NCBI GenBank assembly: GCA_973851085.1
Contig: OZ316776.1
Coordinates: 5,642,001-5,706,000 of the forward strand
Source: Ptychomitrium polyphyllum
Lineage: Eukaryota
Direction: 5' to 3'
Length of the DNA stretch: 64,000 nucleotides
The stretch's first letter is position 1. Every line of letters begins with the position of its first letter. Positions 11,786 to 25,220 of this stretch are shown piece after piece. The notes under the pieces are model-generated. The model did no database searches. It saw only the letters and a program-made list of their open reading frames with translations, and was not told where the DNA came from. The position numbers were made by a program, and so were the translations under genes.

Positions 11786-14547
11786 AACGTCGGTTTAAGC
11801 CTCTAGCACTGTCATAACCTTCCAGAAGATTTCTGAGATTTGATCATTTACAACTTCCAAACATACATTGTCGCAACATGATTTCACATGGAAACTCAGC
11901 TGTCAGCTCCCAAAAATCAAAGGGTATAAATGAGACAAACTTTAGGTGTGAAGAGTCTCTTACAAGTTGCAACGAATAGACGGTCCAAGTAACAGAAACC
12001 AATTGCCACCAAAATGCACAGAATGCACAGAATGCACTTCCACCAAAATAACCACTTCAAGTGAAGTGGGTTATTAGAGCCGCATAGAAACCATGGCAAA
12101 ATCATGGAAATGCTACTGAAAACCTAGTACGATTACATCAAAGCCCTGCAAAGCTCACTCCATTAATGAGATCAAGCTTAGGAGATCTCGAAAAAGAAAT
12201 GCAACAGTATCAAATGCTCTGCTTGATTATGCAAGACTAATGCAACAGATAAGAGAAACAGCAAACTTGGACTACATTAGGTGAGAAGTGGGTTACAATA
12301 TTTAGAGCTCGCAAGGGTTTAAGGAAGAGACCGTTGAGACAGCAGAGCGAGCTGCAGCATGACAATGATGTCAGAAGGACATACTTCCCGAGTCTTCCTT
12401 TTGTCACTTCTTTTCCAGAATCCAATGTATTTCCTCATCAGTCAAGTTTTCACTTCAGCAGCTGGCTCGTATGCCGTCTTCATCTGATGAGTTTGACAGA
12501 GATGTCTGCTAGTTGCGGTTTTGATTGCACTCTACAAGTTGGACATGACTTTGGGGGTGCTAGCCTCTGTTCATTCTGACAGCCGTGAACATTTGTACTG
12601 CTGCCAGGAAGATCGTTTCTGACGGTCGAGAATCCAAGGAGGTCGGAACTCACAGCTTGTAACTATTGAGGACTCGGCCCAATTTCTGTTCTTAGAGCTT
12701 GTGAGCATATCACACTCTCGACAAAGTCAGTGAATTGAGTGAGCATTATACAACCAAAGGTTGTCATAGGTATCAGTCACCTCATTTCTTGGGGAAATAG
12801 AAAGAGACTATGGTACTTGAACTGTAAAATTAAATAGCATTAGCTGGAGCTAATAAGGATTCGCGGACCACATTAATAATTCTGCAAAATTATACAGAGG
12901 CTGAGAGGTTTCAGCTGCCACACTTTGTGCACCATGATATTTTAAAGATATTATGACGGTTATAGTACAACGAGGTATCAGAGTCCCTGACCTGGACTGT
13001 ACTGGTGAAAGCATACCGTATAATGACCCTAATGCAGTACTTGTATACATTCAAAACATCAATTCCCTCTCCAGCAATTGTCCTTTCCTGCCATGTTCCT
13101 TCCCAATGCCCAACGCTAAGCAGGACTCAAGAGATAACTCCAACAACGGATCACATCACCCACACGCAGCAGGACAGCTATTCGGTTCCCGTCTCGAGGC
13201 CTTCTCTCTTACACCCGCCTCCACATGAGATGGAAGATCCCTCTTGTGTCAACCAGCTCGGAATCTCTGCAGTAAATCATCTGCATCCCTATCAAAACAA
13301 ATGAAAAAATAAACTAGCTCGTAATGTTGACAGTTCTATTGCATACGTCGCCACTACTATAGTGTCTTGTATCTGTATGCTCTGGCCGGAGTTTTGAGCG
13401 AATTATGGCAATACAACCGTTGCCCGTCATTACACCAATTCAACCAATTTTGCTGAATTGTTAGGACAACGCAATTTGTATGCTCATTCTGTTTGCTTCG
13501 GAAAGTGGGTGAGTGACCCAAGATTCTTGCTTTCAAACATGCATTTTAACATGTGCTCCAATAAAGAGGGTAAAACATTTTTGTATTAAGGTATATACTT
13601 CATTTAGAGGAGGTGAGATCACAGGTGGCATTTTGATAAAAGGGATGAGTTTACAAAGAGAGCACAAATATGTGTTATCAACCATTCTTTGTGCCATGTC
13701 GAAGAAAGTAGGTCCTTCACTTTGAATCCAACCCCCAGAAAGACTTTCCCTTTATGATTTCTAGCAGCACCCGACGTTTACTTTTAAATTAACGCAGAAG
13801 TATGACGAACTTTAAAGTATGAGTGTGATTCACGCCGGTTTTAGTTTGAATAACTCTTTTTCTTTCGACAACCTGTAGCGTCTTATAAAACTCATAAAAT
13901 ACCAAAATTGGTTTATACAATCGAAAAAGCAAGCATTGAAAATATTATTTCAGATTAACAACAATTAAATACTGAATATTTGTCAGAGGAACTGCCAAAA
14001 AGATCCTAATTAAATCAACGTATCATTAAAAACGATGATATGAGAAATGACACATTCAAACTTAGAGTAGCTGCAAGACAAACACTCACAAAAGTCCCAG
14101 CTCAGGAAGTGACCGATGCAAAACTTGTATCCCTATATGATGCCATTGCCTAACACCTAGACACACATACAACATAAATGAACTTCTGTGAAGTCATATA
14201 AAACATTCCACCTAACCTGTGGATTGAAATACAGAGTCCCAGAGCTGGGAAACCAAGGAGTAAAAACCAGCATACCACCCAGTAAAGCTGACTACTGGGT
14301 AATACCAGATTTTCAACAGATGGTAACTTATCAGCCATTACGGATTAAGTGCAAGCATAGGGGCCTGATCATAATGTGATGCATAAACAGTGCAATACTT
14401 ACGTTCACATGGGAATGGTTTATACTCCCTCCTTGCACTTTGTAACGTTATGAGCTCTCCGTCAAGTTCAATACAAGACCTCCACAAATCCTGCACCACG
14501 ACTGACATGCGCATTTACTGTGAAAAAGAGGCGCAGAAATAATCCCT

Positions 14548-16645
14548 TTAAAGCACAGGCGGAAAGGCAGATGTCCAGTGCTTGGGCAAAACATCTCCAA
14601 ATACAAATTTCAACGTGGCTGCATCTTTTGCTCCAAGCTGATGAAGGCCATACCCACGAGTTACTGCATGCGCTATTGAGCTTCGGCCCCGTAGACATGC
14701 CTTCCTCCTGGTTCTCACAAGCAAGCTAGAGGCAGTTGGGGAGCTCACTTCACTTAAACCCTCCAAAGCCTTGGCTGCATTCTTTGAACGCACCAATTCG
14801 GTATCTCTGTCTACTGCCAGTTCTGATAATATTGCTGACTCTTCCTCGGAAGATCCCCACCACCGAGTAGAAGTTCTGCAAAGACCTTTAGACGGGAACC
14901 CAATTTTAAAGTCATCAAGTGTTGAAGCAGGCTTCAGCTTCTGAGGAGTTAAGGCATGCAAGACTCCGGTGCTCCGCACATGTGAGGCTCCGGGGCTATT
15001 CACATGTGATGGGTTGTCTTGTTGATTGACTCTCTGTGGTAGAGTGTTCCCTTGAGCGAGGGTCTTAGTCTGTGCTGCTGACGCACTCCTTTGTGTAGAC
15101 TTCTGAGGTGGTGAAGGTTGAGTTGATGCTGCTTCCTGTTGCCTTGTCGGTCTTTTAGAGTCAGGTTGTCCCACGTTCATAGCGGAGTCTGGTTCGCTGC
15201 AGCGACAAAATTAACACTTAAAATAGGTCTGAATAATACAAAGTGTAGTACAGAATATTTGACAGAAGCAGGATAGCCTCTAGAAGTTTCAGCGAAGATG
15301 ACTGCTTACTCATGTTGAGTCCCATCTGAAGTATTGTTAAGAAAATAGAAACCCGGAGAAACCAGGTGAATCATGAGAAAATCAAGACTTCTATATGTAG
15401 TAGAACGACAAAAACAGAGACCGAAGGCTCACAATGGAGGGCTCGGAATTGGAGTAGAAATAGTAACTACGGGCATTTCTGAAGTATTTTCACGTGTAGA
15501 TGGCGGCTGCTTGTCAGCAATTTTGTACGCACTAGGATTGGATGCCAGTTCCTTAATGCCCTCTGCTATAATCTCTTCTACTGACTTCCCTGCTGTAACC
15601 TGACATACCCACGATTAACTTCTAAGCATTGGCCACGCAAAAAAGCATATCCTTGGAAGAGGTAAGTTAAGCATTATGCACATGTTTCAGACGTATCAGA
15701 AGTACCTTTGAAAATCACTACTCTGACATAATTGTTTCATTAGAAGCACACTCTACTTATCAAGAATAAGAAGGCATGTGTCACTATCATGACGAAGGCA
15801 TGATTGACGAGAGTTCACCTTGCGATACGGCCACCGTGCAATGCCATTTTCCTTGCAGATACGCTGTAGAACACTCCCACAAACACCTGGCACGTAACCA
15901 TATGTTCTTTTTTTCAGAAACTGTAACACGGGTACGGGTTTCACACCCTGACTTATAAAGTCAAATCCTTAAAGTTAACATCCTATGACGAGACAACGAT
16001 GATAAAGTGTGTATATCTCGAACAGCGTTAATCCCCTGCCTATGCAGATTCTGGAGATACTATCTATAAGATTAAATGGTACAATGTCCACGTCCAGGTG
16101 AAACCTTGGCCTTCATGTAGTCAATTTCTAAGGATCAAAAGGAAAAAGAATCTTCGCATGAGGCTGCAGTACGTCGAGATGCCAATATCTGGACAAATTT
16201 GATAAACTCAAATCTACATATGTATTCGCAAACAATCCTGTATGTCGTATAAATGTCAATGAAATTCCATCCTGCGAAACTTCATACGGCGGGAATTAAA
16301 CTCACGATGTAGGGTTCCTTATTCAAACATGAATAGTCAGCGGTTTTTGGCATTCTGATATCAACTTTTCACGCCTAGATTGGACAACCTACAACAAATC
16401 CAACACATAGTGACATCGTCATAGCTGCATCAGGAATAGAACGAATACCCTAAGACATCAGGTTATGTGTTCTTTCATGGCTTGGCAAACATTTCATCTT
16501 CACAGGGGCGAATTGGGTCAAGCTGCTCACTAAGCTTCTGAGCAGCCTCAGCGATAGGAACTGAAAAAAACTTGGACACGTCGTGAATGGTAAGAGGCCC
16601 ATCTGACCATGACACAGGTTGCGGTGCCATGCCCAGCTTGGCCAT
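14548..16645 (-). CDS. Small RWP-RK domain protein; exons ~16645-16531, 15886-15819, 15599-15433, 15196-14548 (start ATG could be 16675, 16645 or 16630)
   Basis: Spliced: LTIHDVSKFFSVPIAEAAQKLSVCGSVLQRICKENGIARWPYRKVTAGKSVEEI. C-terminal blocks LDDFKIGFPSKGL..STRWWGS and RGYGLHQLG...VFGDVLPKHW. No PB1 or GAF-like region seen, so not an NLP. Confidence 0.88.
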
Positions 16646-16907
16646 ATGACGATTCGTCAACACGTCGGACGGCATGGCCTTTTACATTCAATACCAACAC
16701 CTCCCGATGCATGGATTCAACCCCACAACGAAAGAACAGTTTCCCTTTACCGCTCTAAGAACGCCCTTTTTCCGCAGCGCTGTGCAGACCTGAGATTCAC
16801 AAACCCAAACCCAAATCACCACCGTGTGATTCTATTGACCCCCCGAACCAACAACAACACACAACATCGCACCCCTCCCTCCCTCTAATCCTAATAACCT
16901 CTTCCCC

Positions 16908-16945
16908 TCCCATCCTATCCCATCCTATCCCATCCCATCCCATCC
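16908..16945 (+). repeat. (CCATC/CTATC)n pentanucleotide repeat upstream of the RWP-RK coding region
   Basis: tcccatcctatcccatcctatcccatcccatcccatcc. Confidence 0.8.
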
Positions 16946-19182
16946 ACACCCTGCTTACGACTGATCTCCAGCCACCGTGGCAATTGCAACACTCCTACCC
17001 GCAACCGCTTTCCTCCCTGCCATGCGCAACGACACCACAACCACTACAACCATCGCCCAAGCCCTAAAACCTCCCAAACTCCAAATTCTGGATCAAGAAG
17101 CCCGCGGTCGAAGCGGTTTAAGACTAGAGCTGCAACGCAAAAAGACGGAACTTACCATCCATCCCCAGTTCACGTTGCGCCACTGCACTGCACACCCCAA
17201 TGGGACCTCCGGGTGTGAGCGCTGCGCAGTCAGAGCCCGAACCCTACCTCGGCATTGCGCACCAGAACTGCCCCGGCGCCGCAATGGCCCCGCAAATGGC
17301 CTGGCAATGGCTTTGCCTCGTAGCTAGATGGTCGTGCAGATGGTCACAGCAGAAGCCGAGGGCCCAGCGTCTCCTTGCTTCGCACACTCCACTGCCATTC
17401 TGAGTCGTAATTTGCCGCTTGGGAGTCCCCCACCTGTGCCCCTCAGCTCTAAGCTCTAAGCTCTCAGTTCACCCTGGACTAGGAGGTGCTGCCCTTGAAT
17501 CTCTTACGCCGACCCACTTGTTGCTTTGTAACAGCCCCTTCTGATTCGTTCGTTGTTGTTTACCTTTGAAAAATAACTTCCCCAGCAATGACCTTCTGTC
17601 TCCTCCCTTTAGACATTTAGTGGATGAAGGTATGTGTCCATCCGTTTTCTTAAACTTGGTACAGCCACCCCCTTGTGGTAACAAGCATTTTATAGGTTCA
17701 GAGCAAATGGATTCAGATCATTTTCATGGCTTGAGCTGCATTATGACCAAAGAAGTAAAATATCCGAAATATAGGACACGGTGAACTTATTCACAACACT
17801 TCCTGATTGCTTCATGTAAATTAAAAAATGGCATGTGTCCAAAATTAAATATAAAAATGTGAAATTACACCAACAAAATGCTTTCTAATAAAAAAATGGA
17901 TGAAATTTTTTTATATCCTGTGAAAAGTAATATGATTGATACATCCAATTGCTAAATACAATTATTTCAGCATTCAGGGAGACAATTATCATATCAACTT
18001 TAGACCAGAGATAAACTTATTGATAAGGCGCATTGCTAGAAAATTGCCAAATCAGATTTTTATGCCTTTAATCTAAAGTTGTTGAAGTATCAAAACATTC
18101 TCTATATTCTATTATTAGAATCTTGTACTTAATATAAAGCTCTATGTATTTTTTAAAAATCCATACTTGAGGTTTCAAAAATATCACATGTAATTAAACA
18201 TGATAAAACCTTATTCAAATATGGAGTTTTTTCTTGAAGATTACTACTACATGATAATATTTACATTTAATATAACACAATAATTCAAACATAGTTGCAA
18301 TATTTTATTCATGAAGAAATACTTAAGATGTATTATATGTATTTTTTAAATATCCTTAAATCATTTCAAAGCATTCTAATAACTTCTAAAAATGTAAATT
18401 TTATGTCCAATAGAAAATTAAACACCCTAAATTTTATCTCATGTACTTTCTAGATTTTTGCTTTAAAATTCTTTGTCTATATTCTTGTATTTGTGCCTAA
18501 CATGTATTCCATTATATTTTTATGCAATTCATTTATTTTTCATGTAAAAACTCTTGGTTTTTCATCCAAAGGTATGCACATTGTCTTAAAATAAATTTGG
18601 TATTTATTCCACCAAAAGCTCATTTGCCTTTTGGCAATAAACTTTGACAATTTGCAAAACTAGTTGTACAATGAAAAATAAAGCTTTTAATGAAAGCATA
18701 TATTTCATCATACTACTTATCTATGCATCATAATCAGAGAATCTATTTGGTAATTGATGATGGAAGGTGGATCTCCACACAACAAGTTAAATGTGAATGT
18801 TATAATATTTTGGAAATTGGCATTTGGCTTGTGCCTTTTAAAGACATTTATTCATGTAAAATACAAAAAGATGTCAAAGAAGGAATAAACTTCATCATTC
18901 TTTGATTTTAAAGAATAGTTAAATTTTTCATGTTTTGATACTACAATTGTACAAAATAATTATATTTTGGAAATTTATCTTGCTTCCACAAGTATTCTTT
19001 TAAACTGCAACCTTACAAAATTTAAACCAACAACACAAAAATAATATAAGTTCAAAACAATCTTAAACAACTACAACATCTTTATGAAATATTAGAATTA
19101 TCCATTTAATAGGTTTTTCTCACCTTGTTTTACTAAATTGAATTCTCTCTAAAGTTAATTGTCTTTGACAAGCTGTAACACA

Positions 19183-19631
19183 TATTACGGATATAAATCA
19201 TGCAATATAATCTTTAGAATCTCTTAAAATCCTTTAGTACATTGTAATAGCTTCTTAAAATCCTTTCAGTACTTCCATAGCCATTTCATATTCTTGGAGA
19301 ATTTCTTAAGAACATTCCATCATCTTGAAAAAATTCTTAGGAAGCTTCTACTTGCTTGGAAAACTTCTTATGATAGTTCTATAGACTCTTACAACATTTG
19401 TAAACTTTAGAAAAAGCTTTTTTAGAAGTATTAAAAGAAAAACATAAGCGTCATAGTATAAATAGAAGGCAAGACAATGTATACCTTAGTCTTGTCAATA
19501 CAAATTGTAGATCATACTATATTATACCTTTATTATAATCTTTGTACCAATTTTTGTTAATCATTAGTTCTTGGAAGCTAATTTGTAGGAACCACTTTGT
19601 CTCTATTTCTTTTTTTTTTGTATCTCTTACA
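19183..19631 (+). repeat. 5' LTR (family A)
   Basis: Starts tattacggatataaatcatgcaa (degenerate TGTCACGGACATAAATC), has tataaatagaaggcaagacaa and ends tctcttaca. Aligns by eye with 27648-28291 and 35798-36213. Confidence 0.85.
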
Positions 19632-20645
19632 ATTTCGTAAAACTATTTCTCATCTTTGTCAAAGCTAAGGATTCTTTGAAAAAAGTAGTGGATTTCCCAT
19701 CTTCCTTAGGATCTTGAAGCTTCTTGAAGGTTGTAAATTACTCTCCTTTGAACTGACACTATAAGCCAATTAATTTCACTTTTAAAAACCAAAATCTATT
19801 TTTTTCAAATAAGAATTAATCTTTCAACAGATGTAGATTATCTTCCTTTAAAGATATATTGTTAATTTTCTTGTCTTTAAAAATCTTAAGTACATCAATT
19901 TTTTTCTTGAAAAAATATAAGGTCTTTGGAGATTGCGGATTGTCCTCTTCTAAGTTAATTCTTTGTTTTTTTTAAATTTTTTATTCTATGTTTTACTTAC
20001 AAAGTTTATCAATTAAAGTTGAAAGGCTTTGTTCAATACATAAAGTTCTTTCTAAATTTGCGTCAATTTTCCTATCCTGATGACACTACTAAAATAGAGT
20101 TTGTAGCTACTTTTTTTTATCAAATAGTATATTTTTGTAGGTTGAACCATTATTAAATAAAAGGTTTCCATTATTGAAGAAATAAGACTCTTTCACAAAA
20201 GCGTTAAAATTTACATTTAGACTTATTTGGTTCAGAAAAGTTGGCTAAAAAAAGAATTCAAAATTTATAACAAAAATATTGCTTAGATGCTAAATATGCT
20301 ATAGTAATTTAATAATTGACTTGCGACCTTGATCTAATTGACTATGCTTTAGTTACAAGATTCCAAAGAAGCTTGAAACATAATGTGAAGGATTTGTTAC
20401 TCATAATGCTAAATATTGATATATTAAGTGAATCCATTATTCAAACAATAATATATAACAATTGATTATTTTAAAAGCGTAAAAAAAAACGCTTGAAATG
20501 AAGACTGATATATCAAGGTACGGAAATGAATTTTTCAAAAGTATTGAAAAGTCAACCATTAAAACAAAACCTATGCAAAATGATGTTGCTCCATTTAGGC
20601 ATTTGATTTGAAAAGAAGTAGAAAGCCCTCAAAGAAGAAATTTCT

Positions 20646-23470
20646 TATCACAAACATACATAGTAGAAACATCTGTAATTAGAAGGTTTAAAAAGTTTCC
20701 AAGGAAGTTATTTTGGCTCAAAAAGCTTCCAAAGCTTATAGTTCTAGTATATATAGGAGTCGTTGCTAAAAGAATCTTTAGTCTCAACAACGCATCTCTT
20801 GTGGTCTAGCTCCAACCTTCTAGCATTATCTTTATACTTTGTTGTAACTCTTTACTTCTAATATACCTTTGGCATATCTTATTCTATATCTTAAAATCTT
20901 GAAGCTTTATCTTGTCATTGCTTTGTTTGTAATAGTTTGTCAAGGCTATTATACAACAATATCACAGCTTGATTTTTTTTAATAGAAAGCGGAACATTCC
21001 TCTTCTTAAAAGCGTTGACATCTACTTTTAAAGACAACAACTAAGAAAAGGTGGTTGAAATAAGGATCCAAAGTCTACAACAAGGACAATGTTCAGCTGC
21101 TACATATGCTGCAGAGTTTTGACAACTGACTTGTGACTTTGATTGGAATGATAAGGCCTTGGTTACACAATTCCGATAGGGCTTAAGAGAGAATGTGAAG
21201 GACTTGTTAATCACAATGCCAAATGTTGAAATTATTGGATGAATTCATCACTCAAGCAATAGATGTGACAATAGACTATTTGAGAGGCGCCAAGAACAAC
21301 GCTTGAGATGGCGACTGGTACATTAAGGTATAACAACCATTTCTTCAAAAGTATTGAAAAGCCAACCACCAGGACCAAATTCAATGTAAATTGATGCGGC
21401 CCAATTTAGATGTTTGATTTCAGGAAAAAAAAAGGCGTTGAAGAGAAAAAATATGTTTGTATTGTGGCAAGTCTAGACATAAAGTGCACAATTGCCAAAG
21501 TAAAGGATCTACTTTTAAGGTTCAAAAAACAATGGTGTTCAAAAAACAAGGCTGTTCAGTCACAGTAGGGACCATGCGACTGGTCACCACAAAAGAATGA
21601 CCATTAAATCAAGGTCTTTTACTACCTTCAAGTTCTACCTCTTAAAATTTATGTTTCCTATTAAAATTAAATTAATAGATGATGAAATAATTAGTAAAGC
21701 TTTTTTAAATACTATTGCAATAACATGTTTTATGGATAAAGATTTTGCAACCAAACATCACATGGTGCTTGTGAACAAAAAATACCCCGCACTTGTTGAA
21801 ATTATTGATGGATAATCTCTTGCATCTGGCAATGTTATTGAAGAAATTCAACTCTTGGAGATTGTTTTAGAAAACCAAGTATCTAAGATTGTATTCAACA
21901 TCATTCAATGCCAAACAAATCCTATTGTCTTGGGTCTTCCTTGGTTTGAGTTACATAATCTAGACATTGATTGGTGTTCACAAAGTATGGTCTCAAAGAA
22001 GAGACATCAAGATACAAGAAAGTTTGGACTATCACTTATTAGAGCTTAGGCATTAATGAAAGCGGCAAATGATGAATCAGTCTATGCCATTTATGCCACA
22101 TTAATATTTGGCTCTATAGTATAGACTAATCAAAATATACATTGTTAATATCAAGATTATAAAGACGTTTTTGAAAAAAAAAATGCGGATATATTATCAA
22201 AGCATTGGTCTTATGATTCTACCATTTAATTGCAAAAAGGAGCCCAACTACTTTTTGAACCTATTTATAACCTATTACAAACCGAGTTGACTGCCTTGAG
22301 AGAATATATTGATGAAAATCTTAGAAAGGGCTTTGTTGAACATTCTAAATCACATATTAGAGCATCCATTGTATTTGTAAAGAAGAAATATTGATCATTA
22401 CGTATGTGGGTGGATTATTGAGGCTTCAATAAAGTAACAAAAAAAAAATTGCTATCCATTACCATTAATCTCAGGACTCTTATAGCAATTTGACCAAACA
22501 AAAATATTTAGTAAGATTTATCTTAAGAAAGTCTACAATCTTATACGCATAAAAAAAAAAGACAAATGGAAAACAACTTTTTGATCCAGGTATGGCCATT
22601 TTGAGTACAATGTCATACCTTTTTTAGTACAATGTCATGCCTTTTGGCCTTACTAATGCCCTTGCAGTCTTTTAACAACGTCCATACGTACTACTTCAAC
22701 CACTACTTATTACAAAGCAACTATAGTCATCTATTTCTATGGATTTCATTAGAGGTTTTTCATTGTTAAATTTTTTTGATACCATCTTTGTAGTGGTAGA
22801 CCGGTTGACCAAGATGGCACATTTTGTACCTTGCAAAACGACAATTACAAGCAAAGACTGCCCCACTCTTTATGGACAATGTCTATCGCTACTATGGACT
22901 GCCCGACAATATTATATTGGATTATAGGCCACACTTTATATCAAGATTTTGGAAGTCACTCTTTGAGATCCTTAAAGTGGATATTCAGCTCTCTTTTGTC
23001 TTCTATCTTTAGATGGCTAAATATAGCAAGTCAACCAAACCTTGGAGCAATATCTACCATCAACCATCAACAAAAAGATTGGGCTTCCTACTTGACATTG
23101 GTTGAGTTTGCTTAAACCAATATCGTTCATGCTTCCATCCAACAAATGCCATTCTACTCCAACTATGGACATTATCCAAAAATGGATATATTACAGCCTC
23201 TTCAATTTAATAATCCATTAGGAGAGGAATATACCACAAAGATGGCATAGCTTCAAGAATCCATGAAGATACAACTAGAAGAAGCTCAAGAATGATACAA
23301 AACGGCAGAAGATGTAATAAAGAAGGAACAACTTGCAAACCAAGTTGGTGAAAAGGTGTGGCTCCTTGGATGCAATATAAGGACCAATAGGCCATGCAAT
23401 AAGTTGGACTATTGCAGGTTGGAACAATTTGCAATACAAACTTAAGTCGACCACATGGCATATTGGTTGA
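20646..23470 (+). mobile_element. Nested truncated Gypsy element: family-B LTR (20646-20958) plus decayed gag, protease, RT and integrase (RNase H region deleted)
   Basis: The LTR is followed by PBS-like atatcacagcttg. ORF fragments: CFMDKDFA..VEIIDG, NPIVLGLPWFELHN (protease region), MPFGLTNA (RT) and MDFI..IFVVVDRLTKMAHFVPC (integrase). Many stops and frameshifts. Confidence 0.88.
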
Positions 23471-23486
23471 AATTACCAACATCAAT

Positions 23487-24815
23487 TGTTACAAGCAGAT
23501 TAAGTACAAGATAAGGCTTTAAGATTTCAAGATATGGAACAAGATATGTCCAAGGTATATTAGAAATAAAGAGTGATAATAAGGTACAAACCAAGGCCAG
23601 AAGAGGTGAGCTTAATTACAAGAGATGTGTTGTCAAATTTGAAGATCCATTCCACCTTGACTCCTATATATATTAGAACTATAAACTTTAGAAGCTTCTT
23701 GAGAAGCTTCTACTACATTGCTTTTTATTCCAGCAATCTTCCTTGGAGGCTTCTTATGTTTTTTAAAAATCTATCTTTGATATGCACTAAGCTATAGGCT
23801 CTTTGCAGGCCTATTTTAGTATAAACCTTTGTTTGGCCAAGTTGATCAACAAGTCCAAATATCAGTGGCATTGGATATTGGTTCTTTACTGTTATTTTAT
23901 TGAAGTTGCAATAATAAAGACACATTTGTAAAGATTCATATTTTTTCTTTGTAAAGAGTATCAGTATATCAGCAAGTGACTTTGAATGTTAAATGAAGTT
24001 CTTGGCTAAGATTTCATCAATATATTCTCTTAATGCTGAAAGCTTATTTTGGGACAAGTTATAAATAGGTCCAAATAATGGTTGAATTCCGTCTTGGAGG
24101 TCAATGGTACAATCATAAAGACAATGTTCTAGTGGAATATTTGCATTCTTCTTTTTGAATATGTCTTGGAATCCTTTATATATTTTTAGAATAATTGATG
24201 ATGAAACCGCATCTGTGGACGCTGCAGTTGCATACACAGCAAAAGAAGCGTCATTGTTTTTATACAAAGCATTTGGCATTGTGATTTTACCCTCATCCAA
24301 TATGTATGTAGAGGTTTCTCTAAACACTTATGAACCTTGTGAAGAGGATTTTTGCAATACAAACAGAATCTGTATTCTCTTCATGGCTTCTTCTCATATT
24401 CACTAAAAAGCTTGAAATGGATTACATCAATCTGCATGGCTTCCGCTCCCAAATACTTATTAGAGGTGAATGGGGCCGAGGCCACTGAGACGTTGGTATA
24501 TGGCCATGGTATATCAAAGCTTGCTTATCTTGCCTATGTTGAAATAGACAATTATTGCACTTTAAAGCTTGACTAATGGCTTCATCAAGTGTTTGGAGAT
24601 CTGGTTTGGATAGCAATAAATCCTTAACCTTGTCACGTATACTCCAATGAAATTAACTCACTAACTCTTCTTTTTTCCAATTGCTATTGCATGCAAGTTG
24701 TCAAATTTTTTATGGATAAATTGACAACAAATGTGGCCCTCAATACAAGGTGCAAATCATAGTGGTTGCAAAATGGAGCTTGTTATGGTCACCAAATGCT
24801 TATGCAACCGCAACT
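23487..24815 (-). mobile_element. Gypsy fragment: partial family-B LTR (~23487-23765) plus gag/RT remnants
   Basis: The reverse strand reads [42 protein letters not shown] and KNQYPMPLIFGLVDQLG. The LTR piece matches 24843-25200. Confidence 0.82.
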
Positions 24816-24820
24816 AAGAA

Positions 24821-25220
24821 TGTTGTTATCGGGTATTATACCTGTTATAGATAGAATAATTACAAGAAAAGGCCTTAAGATTCTAGAATGTAGAACAAAA
24901 TATATCCAAGGTGTATTAAAAATAAAGATTTATAACAAGATACAAAGACAAAGCCAAAAGGCCTAAGTTAGACTACAAGAAATGTGTTGTTAAGACTGAA
25001 GTTCCTTTCAACCTTGACTCCTATATATACTAGAATTTACAAGCCTTAGAAGCTTCTACTACATTGCTTTGTACTCAAGCAATCTTGAATTGATTCCTTG
25101 GAAGCTTCATAAGCCAAGATAATTTCTTTGGGAGCTTCCTAAGCCAAGGCAACTTCCTCAAAAGCTTCCTAAATATTTTAAGAACCTTCTTAGATGATTT
25201 TAATATATAAATTAATGACA
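24821..25220 (-). repeat. Family-B 3' LTR of a minus-strand element, with polypurine tract at 25221-25234
   Basis: The minus strand reads aggaggggaggtga|tgtcatt...acaaca and is homologous to 33876-34321. Confidence 0.82.

Noticed and set aside
16977..17403. Overlapping GC-rich ORFs upstream of the RWP-RK gene
   Set aside because: Expected by chance in a GC-rich promoter/5' UTR; low-complexity translations.
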